Below are positions 24,231 to 32,486 of a stretch of DNA of 64,000 nt, in pieces. The position numbers and the translations under genes are program-made. Origin of the DNA: Dehalococcoidia bacterium (GTDB taxonomy: Bacteria > Chloroflexota > Dehalococcoidia > Lucifugimonadales > QGNO01); NCBI GenBank assembly GCA_965220545.1, contig CBDCQF010000006.1:5408-69407 (forward strand). The letters are read 5' to 3'. Position 1 is the stretch's first letter, and each line of letters opens with the position of its first letter. The notes under the pieces are model-generated. The model saw only the letters and a list, made by a program, of their open reading frames with translations, did not search any database and was not told where the DNA came from.

Positions 24231-24569
24231 ATGGTCACACCTCTATCTATAGACATAACGGATAACGCGGCTAAGCACGTTCGGGAGTTCACCGGCAAGA
24301 CCGGGGATGAGACTGTTTCGCTGCGGGTAGCCGTGAGGGGCGGAGGGTGCTCCGGCCTCACCTACGACTTGGAAGTTGACGACGATCCGCGCGACACCGA
24401 TAGAGTCATAGAGCAGCGCGGAGTGACCATCATGATCGACAAGAAGAGCTACATCTTCCTTGCCGGCACCGTTCTGGACTACTCTGGAGGGCTCAACGGC
24501 AAGGGATTTGTGTTCAGCAACCCCAACGCCAAGACCGTTTGCGGCTGCGGGACCTCCTTCTCCGTATAG
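24231..24569 (+). CDS. A-type Fe-S cluster carrier (IscA/HesB/ErpA family)
   Basis: GGGCSG and CGCGTSF motifs. Confidence 0.93.
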   Translation: MVTPLSIDITDNAAKHVREFTGKTGDETVSLRVAVRGGGCSGLTYDLEVDDDPRDTDRVIEQRGVTIMIDKKSYIFLAGTVLDYSGGLNGKGFVFSNPNAKTVCGCGTSFSV

Positions 24570-24572
24570 ACC

Positions 24573-25007
24573 ATGAACCAGGAATCCACCCCGGTCAGTG
24601 TATCGCCGCAAGGCTTCTTCTCCGGCCAGCGCAAACTCTTCATAGCTGTCGCCCTGCTGGCTATGGCCGTTGGTTTCCTGGCCTTCAACGCCTTTCAAGG
24701 CGCATCCGTTTACTACTTCACCGTCGGCGAAGCCCTGTCCGGCGATGTCGAGGAAGGCGCAACCGTGCGTGTCAGCGGCAAGCTCCTGCCCGACTCCTTC
24801 CGCCGGGAGACGGAAGGCACCGTAGCCCACTTCTCCCTGGTGGATGACGACCTAACCCTTAAGGCCACCTACGACGGGATCGTGCCGGAGCTGTTTTTCA
24901 ACGAGCACTCGGACATCGTGCTGGAGGGGTCGCTCAACCAGAACGGGGTGTTTAACAGCGACACCATAATTGTCAAATGCCCGACTAAGTATCAGGCCCA
25001 GGCATAG
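24573..25007 (+). CDS. ccmE: Cytochrome c maturation heme chaperone CcmE, CxxxY variant
   Basis: N-terminal TM helix, YYFTV, VRVSG, YDGIVPELF, C-terminal KCPTKY. Confidence 0.88.
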   Translation: MNQESTPVSVSPQGFFSGQRKLFIAVALLAMAVGFLAFNAFQGASVYYFTVGEALSGDVEEGATVRVSGKLLPDSFRRETEGTVAHFSLVDDDLTLKATYDGIVPELFFNEHSDIVLEGSLNQNGVFNSDTIIVKCPTKYQAQA

Positions 25008-25078
25008 AAGGGCAGAAGTACCCCATTTATCGCGGCCTGAAATAGCCGCTCGTCGCATTCCAACCGGTTCGCTGACAT

Positions 25079-25107
25079 TTGACATCTCTGCGATTTGAAA
25101 GTAAACT
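25079..25107 (+). promoter_or_regulatory. Sigma70 promoter for the small Cys/His protein
   Basis: TTGACA-17 nt-TAAACT. Confidence 0.65.
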
Positions 25108-25155
25108 GCCCAAGAATTCAACCACGCCACGTTGAATCTCAGGGAGGGAGTATCC

Positions 25156-25374
25156 ATGGATGATACGAGTGGTGTTACCTATTCTATTGGACAAGTTTCG
25201 GTCAAGGATAGAGTCACTGTAGATTGTGTCCATTTCTGGTTGATTGAACCCCCCAATGGGCCCACCAGCTATGGTGTTTGCAAACAGTGTGGTATGCGCC
25301 AGGAGTTCCGCAACTCCATCGAGACGTCTTCTTGGAATAAGGGCACCATCAAAGCTGAAGACGGATTGGACTGA
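25156..25374 (+). CDS. Small putative zinc-binding protein (CxH...CxxC)
   Basis: CVHFWLIEPPNGPTSYGVCKQCG; GGGAGG RBS and own promoter. Confidence 0.7.
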   Translation: MDDTSGVTYSIGQVSVKDRVTVDCVHFWLIEPPNGPTSYGVCKQCGMRQEFRNSIETSSWNKGTIKAEDGLD

Positions 25375-25452
25375 GGCAAAAGTTGCTCTCTAATTGATGC
25401 CTGCAAAGTGGAGTTAGCTCCGTAGTCCAGTCCAGTACGCTCTAACGCCTGC

Positions 25453-26649
25453 ATGACATGGCCCGCACTACAGGACATCTTGTTTCAGAGGATCTCTGAA
25501 CATGGCAAGATGACCTTCGCCGAGTTTATGGAGCTTGCCTTGTACTGGCCCAACGACGGTTATTATCCCCGTCTTGGAGCCGTCCCGCCCCCGCAAGATT
25601 ATTACACCGCCCCCATGGCCCATCCCGCCTTTGGCGCATTGATTGCGCTTCAGCTGGAGGAGATGTGGCGTCTTCTAGGAGAACCCTCTCCGTTTACCGT
25701 CGTAGAGCAGGGGGCAGGCACGGGCCGCTTGGCCGGAGACATCAGGGACTTCTCCCGGCATCTCGATCCTTCATTCCATAGGGCGCTGCAGTATGTGGTC
25801 GTAGATAGGGCAGGCGGCGCAGCCCCGTTTTCAACGGAGGATGCAGCCGTTTCCAACGTAGTGGGGTGCATCCTTTCCAACGAACTCCTGGACGCCTTCC
25901 CCGTACATAGAGTAACGGTCCGCGACGGTAAGCTTCTGGAAATCTATGTGACCTTGCACGAGGGCCGGCTTGTTGAGTCCTTGGACGACGTTTCCACGGA
26001 CGATATCCGTGTCAGGTTTGAGAGCGAGGAGATCCATCTGGCGGAAGGCCAGATAGCCGAGGTCTGCCTTGAACTCGATTCCTGGGCAAGGCAGGCAGCC
26101 ACGATGCTGCAGCGTGGCTTTGTGCTTACCATCGACTACGGGTATCCCTCCGCCGATCTATACGACCCCCTGAGGTCGCAGGGCACGCTCCGCTGCTACT
26201 ACCGACACACCCTTACCGGCGACCCATACCGACACATAGGAGAGCAGGACATCACCGCTCACGTGGACTTCTCTGCGGTAGCTTCCCTGGGCCAGCGATA
26301 CGGCTTGGAGCCTTATCCTCTGCTGAGCCAGGCCGGATTTCTGAACAATCTGGGACTTCCGCTATTCAGGGAGCGCCTGTACTCGGAGGGCCTGGGCCAG
26401 CGGGAGCGCGACGCCAATCGCATGGCAATGTTGGAGCTGGCGCGCCCCGGCGGAATGGGCGACTTCAAGGTACTGGCTCAACGCAAAGGTACTGCTTGCC
26501 ACCGTTTGAGCGGGATCCACGGCGTATCCCAAGAGTGGGATCACCGCGTTCGAGGACTGCCGTTGCCCCGCCTTAGCCCCCAGCACATCGACCTGCTGTC
26601 GGCACGCTATCCGCACGCGAGTGAAGATTGGGAACAGCTCTGGCGGTGA
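25453..26649 (+). CDS. SAM-dependent methyltransferase, MidA/NDUFAF7 family
   Basis: FAEFMELALY..GYY, DYYTAP, EQGAGTGRLA, SNELLDAFP, IDYG, QDITAHVDF. Confidence 0.9.
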   Translation: MTWPALQDILFQRISEHGKMTFAEFMELALYWPNDGYYPRLGAVPPPQDYYTAPMAHPAFGALIALQLEEMWRLLGEPSPFTVVEQGAGTGRLAGDIRDFSRHLDPSFHRALQYVVVDRAGGAAPFSTEDAAVSNVVGCILSNELLDAFPVHRVTVRDGKLLEIYVTLHEGRLVESLDDVSTDDIRVRFESEEIHLAEGQIAEVCLELDSWARQAATMLQRGFVLTIDYGYPSADLYDPLRSQGTLRCYYRHTLTGDPYRHIGEQDITAHVDFSAVASLGQRYGLEPYPLLSQAGFLNNLGLPLFRERLYSEGLGQRERDANRMAMLELARPGGMGDFKVLAQRKGTACHRLSGIHGVSQEWDHRVRGLPLPRLSPQHIDLLSARYPHASEDWEQLWR

Positions 26650-26709
26650 CTAGCGCTTCTTCTTGAAGTAGACACCTATTCTGGAGCCTCCGCTTATACC
26701 CCACGACCC

Positions 26710-26738
26710 TTGACATTGGCAGATTCTAAGCCTATTGT
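26710..26738 (+). promoter_or_regulatory. Sigma70 promoter upstream of the structured leader and MTase-HNH gene
   Basis: TTGACA-17 nt-TATTGT. Confidence 0.65.
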
Positions 26739-26744
26739 GGGTTC

Positions 26745-26930
26745 GCTTTACCACAAGCGACACCTTCCTGTGTCAGGTATTGGCTCCGTGCCTCCCTGAG
26801 ACAACGCAGGATAGGTGCTTGTGGTAAAGCCGCCGAAACCTGAGTCCGGGGAGGTTCCTTTATGCGCGGCTATCGTCCCCTAGTTTTTATACTGGCTTGA
26901 GTCTTGTTGCTGCCAGGTTGCAAGGGGAGA
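26745..26930 (+). ncRNA. Candidate structured leader or small RNA (three hairpins)
   Basis: Perfect 14-bp inverted repeat GCTTTACCACAAGC/GCTTGTGGTAAAGC starting at the predicted TSS, with further inner pairing and two more stems downstream. Confidence 0.4.
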
Positions 26931-26967
26931 ATCGGCCCAAGCGCGCCGGAATCGAGAGGATGTTCCG

Positions 26968-28467
26968 ATGGTGAACACGGACACTCTTAACCGCACGCTG
27001 TTCATTTCCGACAACCTCCCTGTCCTGCGGGGCATAGACTCCGAAAGCGTAGACCTGATTGCCACCGACCCGCCGTTCAACAAGGGCGTGAAGGCGTTTG
27101 AGGGGATAGTCACGGCTGGCTACGACACCCAAGGCCAGAAAGTCTCCTACAAGGATATTTGGACGTGGCGAGACGTACAGCAGGAATGGGTTGACCAGAT
27201 TACCGAGGACCATCCCGCACTGAAAGAGGTGATAGAGGCGGCCAATACCGCCGGCGGCGAGGATATGGGCGCATTCCTCTGCTGGTTGTCCGTGCGCGTG
27301 CTTGAAATGCACCGCGTCCTCAAACCGACAGGCTCAATGTACCTGCACATTGACCACACAGCGGGGGCTTATGCCAAGACCATGATGGACGCCGTGTTTG
27401 GGAGGAACAATTTTAGAAATGGGATTGTGTGGCAGAGGACACGCGGTAGGAGAGCCACGAATCATTGGGGCAACGCGCACGACACCATACTCTACTACGC
27501 AAGAACGCCAGCGGCCCCCTTCGCCCCTCAATACACAGGGCTGGCGGAAAGCGCGAGCGCTCATTATAGACACGAAGATGAGAACGGCAAATATCGCGTC
27601 GATAACGTCAATGCCCCCACGCCAGACGGCTATAGGTTCAGCCTCGGATACGGTGAAAGAGAACCTGCGAACGGGTACAGGTTTCCGCGTGCGCGAGCGT
27701 TGGAACTCATCGACAGCGGACGGCTCATCGTGAAACAGGGCAAAGTCCCCGTGTTGAAGAGGTATCTTGCCGAGTCTAAGGGCACACAAATCAACGATGT
27801 TCAAACCGATATATCGCCCGTTGTGGCAGCCAACAAGTCTGAACGCACTGGCTACCCCACGCAGAAGCCTTTAGCACTATACGAGCGCATCATCAAGGCC
27901 AGCAGCAACGAGGGCGATATAGTGCTCGACCCCTTTGCCGGTTGCGCCACTACCTGTATTGCCGCCGAGCGGTTGGGGCGCAGATGGATAGGTATCGACA
28001 TTAACAAAGAGGCTCAAACCGTTGTGCTGGATCGGCTACAACGTGAGGTTAGCGCCGGCTTAAACTGGAACACGCACATCCAAACACCTGGTGAGCCGCC
28101 GCAACGGACGGATGACGGCGCAGAGGCATCACCGGAGTTGACGCTGGTCAGCCCCAGACCCAAAGCTCCCAGACTTACCGCTCGCCAACTCCGCGAACGC
28201 CTGATAATGATGGATGAGATGAAATGCCAGGGTTGCGGCTGGGTGCCGCACCACCAGGAGTACCTGGAGGTTGATCACAAGGTGCCTAAGTCCCGTGAAG
28301 GACGGGACGACATACGAAACCGAGTGCTCCTATGCTCTCCGTGCAACGGCGCAAAGGGGAACAAGCTGACGTTAGCCGAGTTGCGGTTGAGACGTATTGA
28401 GGAAGGTCGTATGCAGGACAAGTCTTGGGATGCCGGATGGTATGAACGCACAGGCAGGTTTATATAA
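26968..28467 (+). CDS. Beta-class amino (N6A/N4C) DNA methyltransferase fused to a C-terminal HNH endonuclease domain
   Basis: Motif IV DPPF, YPTQKP, motif I DPFAGCATT; C-terminal CQGC...VDHKVPKSREGRDDIRNRVLLCSPCNGAKG. Confidence 0.9.
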   Translation: MVNTDTLNRTLFISDNLPVLRGIDSESVDLIATDPPFNKGVKAFEGIVTAGYDTQGQKVSYKDIWTWRDVQQEWVDQITEDHPALKEVIEAANTAGGEDMGAFLCWLSVRVLEMHRVLKPTGSMYLHIDHTAGAYAKTMMDAVFGRNNFRNGIVWQRTRGRRATNHWGNAHDTILYYARTPAAPFAPQYTGLAESASAHYRHEDENGKYRVDNVNAPTPDGYRFSLGYGEREPANGYRFPRARALELIDSGRLIVKQGKVPVLKRYLAESKGTQINDVQTDISPVVAANKSERTGYPTQKPLALYERIIKASSNEGDIVLDPFAGCATTCIAAERLGRRWIGIDINKEAQTVVLDRLQREVSAGLNWNTHIQTPGEPPQRTDDGAEASPELTLVSPRPKAPRLTARQLRERLIMMDEMKCQGCGWVPHHQEYLEVDHKVPKSREGRDDIRNRVLLCSPCNGAKGNKLTLAELRLRRIEEGRMQDKSWDAGWYERTGRFI

Positions 28468-28538
28468 CCAAGGAGTAACGCTAATGGCGCGGAGAATGGA
28501 GGAGTTGGGTTAGGCCCTGACAGGCCACTAACGGCCTA

Positions 28539-29198
28539 CTATGAATCCTCTGCCTCTCCCTCAGCCGGGGCAGGGGGCTGCTTCTGGCTCTCCGCCAGCC
28601 AGTTCTGGAACCAGCGTCTGTACTCGTCAAGCGCCGGAGGCGATACGTAGAACACCTCGATGTCCTGTGGGAACTGCACCTGGTGACGTTCGCCTATCAG
28701 CAGCAGCCCCACTTCGTCCTTTCCGAGGGACTCATCAATGCGCTTGCCGATATGCTCGTAGCGGCGGCTCATGCCGTCGAAATACCATTCGTGGAGCTTG
28801 GCGGTCAGCCTGCTGCTCAGCAGCGGCAGCATGAGGCAGCGCTGCAAGTCGACGACCTCCAGCAGGGTTCCTTCATCCTCGGTGGCTTCCAGGACCGCCT
28901 TGTTCCGGCACTTTGACTCCACAAACTTGTAGGATCGCTCGTCCATGGCTTGCAGCCTGAGCAGTCCCTCATCCTCCCCTGCGGCAATGTTCTCATGGAA
29001 GATGCGCTTGACTGGGCCCAGCCGGTTTTCCAGGGACTCCACCTGCGATTGCATCTGTACCCAGTACTTCTGAAGCAGTGTCTGTCCCTCTTGTAGCTGT
29101 TCCGGCGTGCCGAAGACAAGGGGTATCAGCAGCAGATTCCGCTTTCCCTGGAACCGTTCCGCTTCGGGTCGCTCTATTCTGCCCAGCTGTTCAGTCAT
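28539..29198 (-). CDS. Conserved hypothetical protein
   Basis: 219-aa ORF with host-like codon usage, 4 bp downstream of lysA. Confidence 0.7.
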   Translation of the reverse strand: MTEQLGRIERPEAERFQGKRNLLLIPLVFGTPEQLQEGQTLLQKYWVQMQSQVESLENRLGPVKRIFHENIAAGEDEGLLRLQAMDERSYKFVESKCRNKAVLEATEDEGTLLEVVDLQRCLMLPLLSSRLTAKLHEWYFDGMSRRYEHIGKRIDESLGKDEVGLLLIGERHQVQFPQDIEVFYVSPPALDEYRRWFQNWLAESQKQPPAPAEGEAEDS

Positions 29199-29202
29199 GG
29201 AA

Positions 29203-30519
29203 TCACACCACGTCGGCGGCCATGATGTCCTGGTACGTCTCGCGGCGGCGTATCAACCTGCTGGAACCGTCTCTGACCAGTACCACGGCCGGCCTTGGCG
29301 TCATATTGTAGTTGCTGGACATTGGGATGGCGTAAGCTCCCGCGGCAGGCATGGCTATGATGTCGCCGGGTTCCGTTGGCGCAAGGTCTACGTTCTCCGC
29401 AAGCACGTCGCCGGATTCACAGTATCTGCCTGCTATGGTTACCCTGGAAGACGGCTCCACAAGCATCCTGTTGGCTACAACCGCCTCATAGGAGGCCTGG
29501 TACAGAGCGGGTCTTATGTTATCGCCCATGCCGCCGTCCACGCTGAGGTACGTTCTCACGCCCGGTATGACTTTGCTAGCTCCGCAGGTGTACACGGCGA
29601 CGCCCGCCGGGCCTATGATGGAACGACCGGGTTCTATGAACACCCTAGGCCTGGGCAGGTCAAGGTCGTCGCACGTCTCTGTTAGGGAGGAGACCAGGGC
29701 CTCGGCGAAGTCGCCCGCTGAGGGCGGTTGCTGGTCCCTGGTGTAGGCGATGCCGAAGCCACCGCCGGGGCTGAACTCTTCCATGTTCAACCCCTCCTCC
29801 CGCATGGCTGAAGCGAACTCCAACGCAATGCGTATGGCCTTCTGGTACGGTTGGATCTCAAAGAGCTGCGAACCGATATGGCAGTGCAGGCCAATCAGGT
29901 TCAAGTGCGGTGACGACATCGCTTTCCTCACCGCTTTCTCGGCGTCGCCGGTGTCTATGGCGAACCCGAATTTGCTGTCCAGAATGCCGGTCGAGATGTA
30001 GCTATGGGTATGCGGATCAACTGAGGGGGACACCCTGATCAGGACCTCCTGCTCGCGTCCCGCTTCCTTAGCCACCTCCTCCAGCAGATCGATCTCGTGG
30101 AAGCTGTCGACAACTATGCGGCCCACGCCCCAGGCCATCGCCTCCGCCAGTTCGCTGCGGCTCTTGTTGTTGCCGTGGAAGTAGACGGTTTCAGGAGACG
30201 CCCCTCCCGCTTTTGCCACCTCTACCTCTCCGCCTGAAACCACGTCTATGCCCAGGCCTTCCTCAACGATGATCCTGGTCAGAGCTACGTTGGAGAAGGC
30301 TTTGGAGCCGTACAAGACCAGACTATCGGGATAGCGTTGTTTGAGCTCTTCACGGAAGGTGCGGCAGCGTTTGCGTACCGTCTCCTCGTCGATCAGGTAG
30401 AGAGGGGTCCCGTACTCTGAGGCCAAGTCGACGACGCTGCACCCGCCGATGACCAGATGCCCCTGCTCATTGATGGAGGAGGTATCGGGGAACACATTCT
30501 GGGCTGGAAACCTTGTCAT
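29203..30519 (-). CDS. lysA: Diaminopimelate decarboxylase
   Basis: YGTPLY, YGSKAF (PLP lysine), HCHIGSQ, EPGRSI, CESGD, GAY...SNYN. Confidence 0.95.
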   Translation of the reverse strand: MTRFPAQNVFPDTSSINEQGHLVIGGCSVVDLASEYGTPLYLIDEETVRKRCRTFREELKQRYPDSLVLYGSKAFSNVALTRIIVEEGLGIDVVSGGEVEVAKAGGASPETVYFHGNNKSRSELAEAMAWGVGRIVVDSFHEIDLLEEVAKEAGREQEVLIRVSPSVDPHTHSYISTGILDSKFGFAIDTGDAEKAVRKAMSSPHLNLIGLHCHIGSQLFEIQPYQKAIRIALEFASAMREEGLNMEEFSPGGGFGIAYTRDQQPPSAGDFAEALVSSLTETCDDLDLPRPRVFIEPGRSIIGPAGVAVYTCGASKVIPGVRTYLSVDGGMGDNIRPALYQASYEAVVANRMLVEPSSRVTIAGRYCESGDVLAENVDLAPTEPGDIIAMPAAGAYAIPMSSNYNMTPRPAVVLVRDGSSRLIRRRETYQDIMAADVV

Positions 30520-30553
30520 GGGTTGACCATGTTACGCATGGTCTGATGTAGTG

Positions 30554-30859
30554 TCAACGCCGCCCCGCCGCTGTCGGCAGTTCCCGCACCCTATCGCCTG
30601 TCTGCCGCTCGGCAAGCGCCAGATCATACTGCGTCTGGAGATTCAGCCAGAACTGCGGCTCGACACCGAACCAGTGGCCGAAGCGCAGCGCCGTATCCCC
30701 GGTGATGGAGCGTTTGCCCGAGATGATCTGGCTGATTCGATTGGGCGGCACGTCGATCTCCCTGGCGAACGCCGTTTGCGTGACTCCCATCTCCTCCAGC
30801 TCATCCTTCAGAACGTCACCTGGCCGAACCACTCTCCTAAACGTCACGATGTCCTCCAT
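30554..30859 (-). CDS. higA: HigA antitoxin (HTH)
   Basis: PGDVLKDEL, PPNRISQIISGKRSITGDTALRF, FWLNLQ. Confidence 0.92.
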   Translation of the reverse strand: MEDIVTFRRVVRPGDVLKDELEEMGVTQTAFAREIDVPPNRISQIISGKRSITGDTALRFGHWFGVEPQFWLNLQTQYDLALAERQTGDRVRELPTAAGRR

Positions 30860-30861
30860 CT

Positions 30862-31143
30862 CTAGTGATAATCCACAATCTCAACGTCGGTCGGTCCCGG
30901 CCCGTCATCCCATACGAAACATATGCGCCACTGGCGATTGATGCGTATTGAATACTGCCCATCCCTGTCACCTCGTAGGGCCTCCAATCGATTGCCGCGC
31001 AGTCCGGCCAAGGTTCTTAGGGACGGCGCCGCGTTCAGGATAGCCAACCGCCTTTCCGCCTGTGTTTCAAATGCCTGAAACTCCCGTACAAACTCCCCTG
31101 CGGCAAAGCGCTCCGTTCGACGATCCCGATAGCTGAGTATCAT
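30862..31143 (-). CDS. higB: HigB/RelE-family toxin
   Basis: GNRLEALRGDRDGQYSIRINRQWRICFVW...VEIVDYH. Confidence 0.92.
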   Translation of the reverse strand: MILSYRDRRTERFAAGEFVREFQAFETQAERRLAILNAAPSLRTLAGLRGNRLEALRGDRDGQYSIRINRQWRICFVWDDGPGPTDVEIVDYH

Positions 31144-31151
31144 GTCCGAAC

Positions 31152-31180
31152 AACGTATCACCATGGACGCTGTACGTCAA
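31152..31180 (-). promoter_or_regulatory. higBA promoter (probably leaderless) with palindromic operator-like arms
   Basis: Minus strand TTGACG-17 nt-TACGTT, 8 nt before the ATG; ACGTA...TACGT arms. Confidence 0.6.
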
Positions 31181-31228
31181 TCGTCACCTCAGCACCACGC
31201 CGCCCCAGGACAGGCACGACGGTTGGAT

Positions 31229-31260
31229 GTGCCCGTCTGTCCGTTTGTCCGTCTGCCCGT
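31229..31260. repeat. Four tandem 8-bp repeats (NTGYCCGT) overlapping the proB promoter
   Basis: GTGCCCGT CTGTCCGT TTGTCCGT CTGCCCGT; TTGTCC-17 nt-TATAAT. Confidence 0.6.
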
Positions 31261-31275
31261 CAGGCGGTATAATTC

Positions 31276-32463
31276 ATGCAGATTTCCCATCAGGTTGACA
31301 GATTGACAGTGCAAAACTCCAAGGTAGGACGCCAGGCTTCCAGGGGCAAGCTCCGCATAGTTGCCAAGGCGGGTACCAACGTGCTCACCGGTGGCTCAGG
31401 ATCGCTTGATCTTGGCGTGATGAGGTCGCTTGTCGACCAGATAGCGGGTGTTCATGCACAGGGAAACGAGGTCTTGTTCGTAACCTCGGGAGCGGTGGCC
31501 GCCGGCAGGGAGGTGTTGGGAGGGCTAAAGCAGCAACGCGACGTTCCGTTCAGGCAAATCCTCGCTTCGGTCGGTCAAAGCCGGCTCATGCATACTTATC
31601 AAGAGATGTTCTCCCGGCACGATATCGTCGTGTCCCAGGCGCTGCTCACTCGCTCAGATATCGACGACTGGCAGGGATATCTCAACGTTAGGGATACCCT
31701 GCTTTCGCTGCTACATATGGGTGTGGTGCCCATCATCAACGAGAACGACGTGGTGAACAGCGAAGAGCTTGGGACTGAAGTCTTTGGTGACAACGATACC
31801 CTTTCCGCGCTGGTGTCCAACCTGGTCGACGCGGACATGCTGGTCATGCTCACCGATATTCCCGGCCTCTACACCGCGGACCCCGCCCTGGATCCCGGCG
31901 CCGAGCTTATCCCCGTGATGGACGACACCAACGCAGAGCATCTTCTCAATACCGTGACCCAAAATGAGGTTAGGCATCCCTGGAGCCGCGGCGGCATGAA
32001 GGCCAAGGTGGAAGCCGCGCTCCTGGCGACACGCTGGGGCGTAGAGGTAGTGATAACCAGCGGCAGAATACCGGACGGCCTGCAGCAGGCCATCGACGGA
32101 GAAGCCGTGGGTACCGTGTTCAGGCCTACTGCCAACAAAGTGGAGAGCAGGAAGCGCTGGTTCCTCAGCGGGCTCTCCGCCAGGGGTGAAATCCTGGTGG
32201 ACAACGGCGCGGCGCAGGCTCTGAAGGCAAAGAACAGCAGCCTCCTTCCCGTGGGCGTTACGGAAGTGCACGGCAACTTCGACCGCCGGGAGGTGGTGCT
32301 CATTGTCGATAAGGACGGCAAGCGCGTGGCATGCGGCGTAAGCAACTATTCGGCCCAGGAAGTGGCCGCGATAAGGGGACTGAATTCAAGCAAGATAGAG
32401 GAAACCCTGGGGCACCAGTACGGTGAAGAAGTGGTGCACCGCAACAATCTGGCCCTGCTCTAG
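31276..32463 (+). CDS. proB: Glutamate 5-kinase with PUA domain (true start probably slightly downstream)
   Basis: KAGTNVLT, TSGAVAAG, PIINENDVV, FGDNDTLSA, EEVVHRNNL. Confidence 0.95.
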   Translation: MQISHQVDRLTVQNSKVGRQASRGKLRIVAKAGTNVLTGGSGSLDLGVMRSLVDQIAGVHAQGNEVLFVTSGAVAAGREVLGGLKQQRDVPFRQILASVGQSRLMHTYQEMFSRHDIVVSQALLTRSDIDDWQGYLNVRDTLLSLLHMGVVPIINENDVVNSEELGTEVFGDNDTLSALVSNLVDADMLVMLTDIPGLYTADPALDPGAELIPVMDDTNAEHLLNTVTQNEVRHPWSRGGMKAKVEAALLATRWGVEVVITSGRIPDGLQQAIDGEAVGTVFRPTANKVESRKRWFLSGLSARGEILVDNGAAQALKAKNSSLLPVGVTEVHGNFDRREVVLIVDKDGKRVACGVSNYSAQEVAAIRGLNSSKIEETLGHQYGEEVVHRNNLALL

Positions 32464-32486
32464 AGAGGCATAGAAAAGGCATAACA

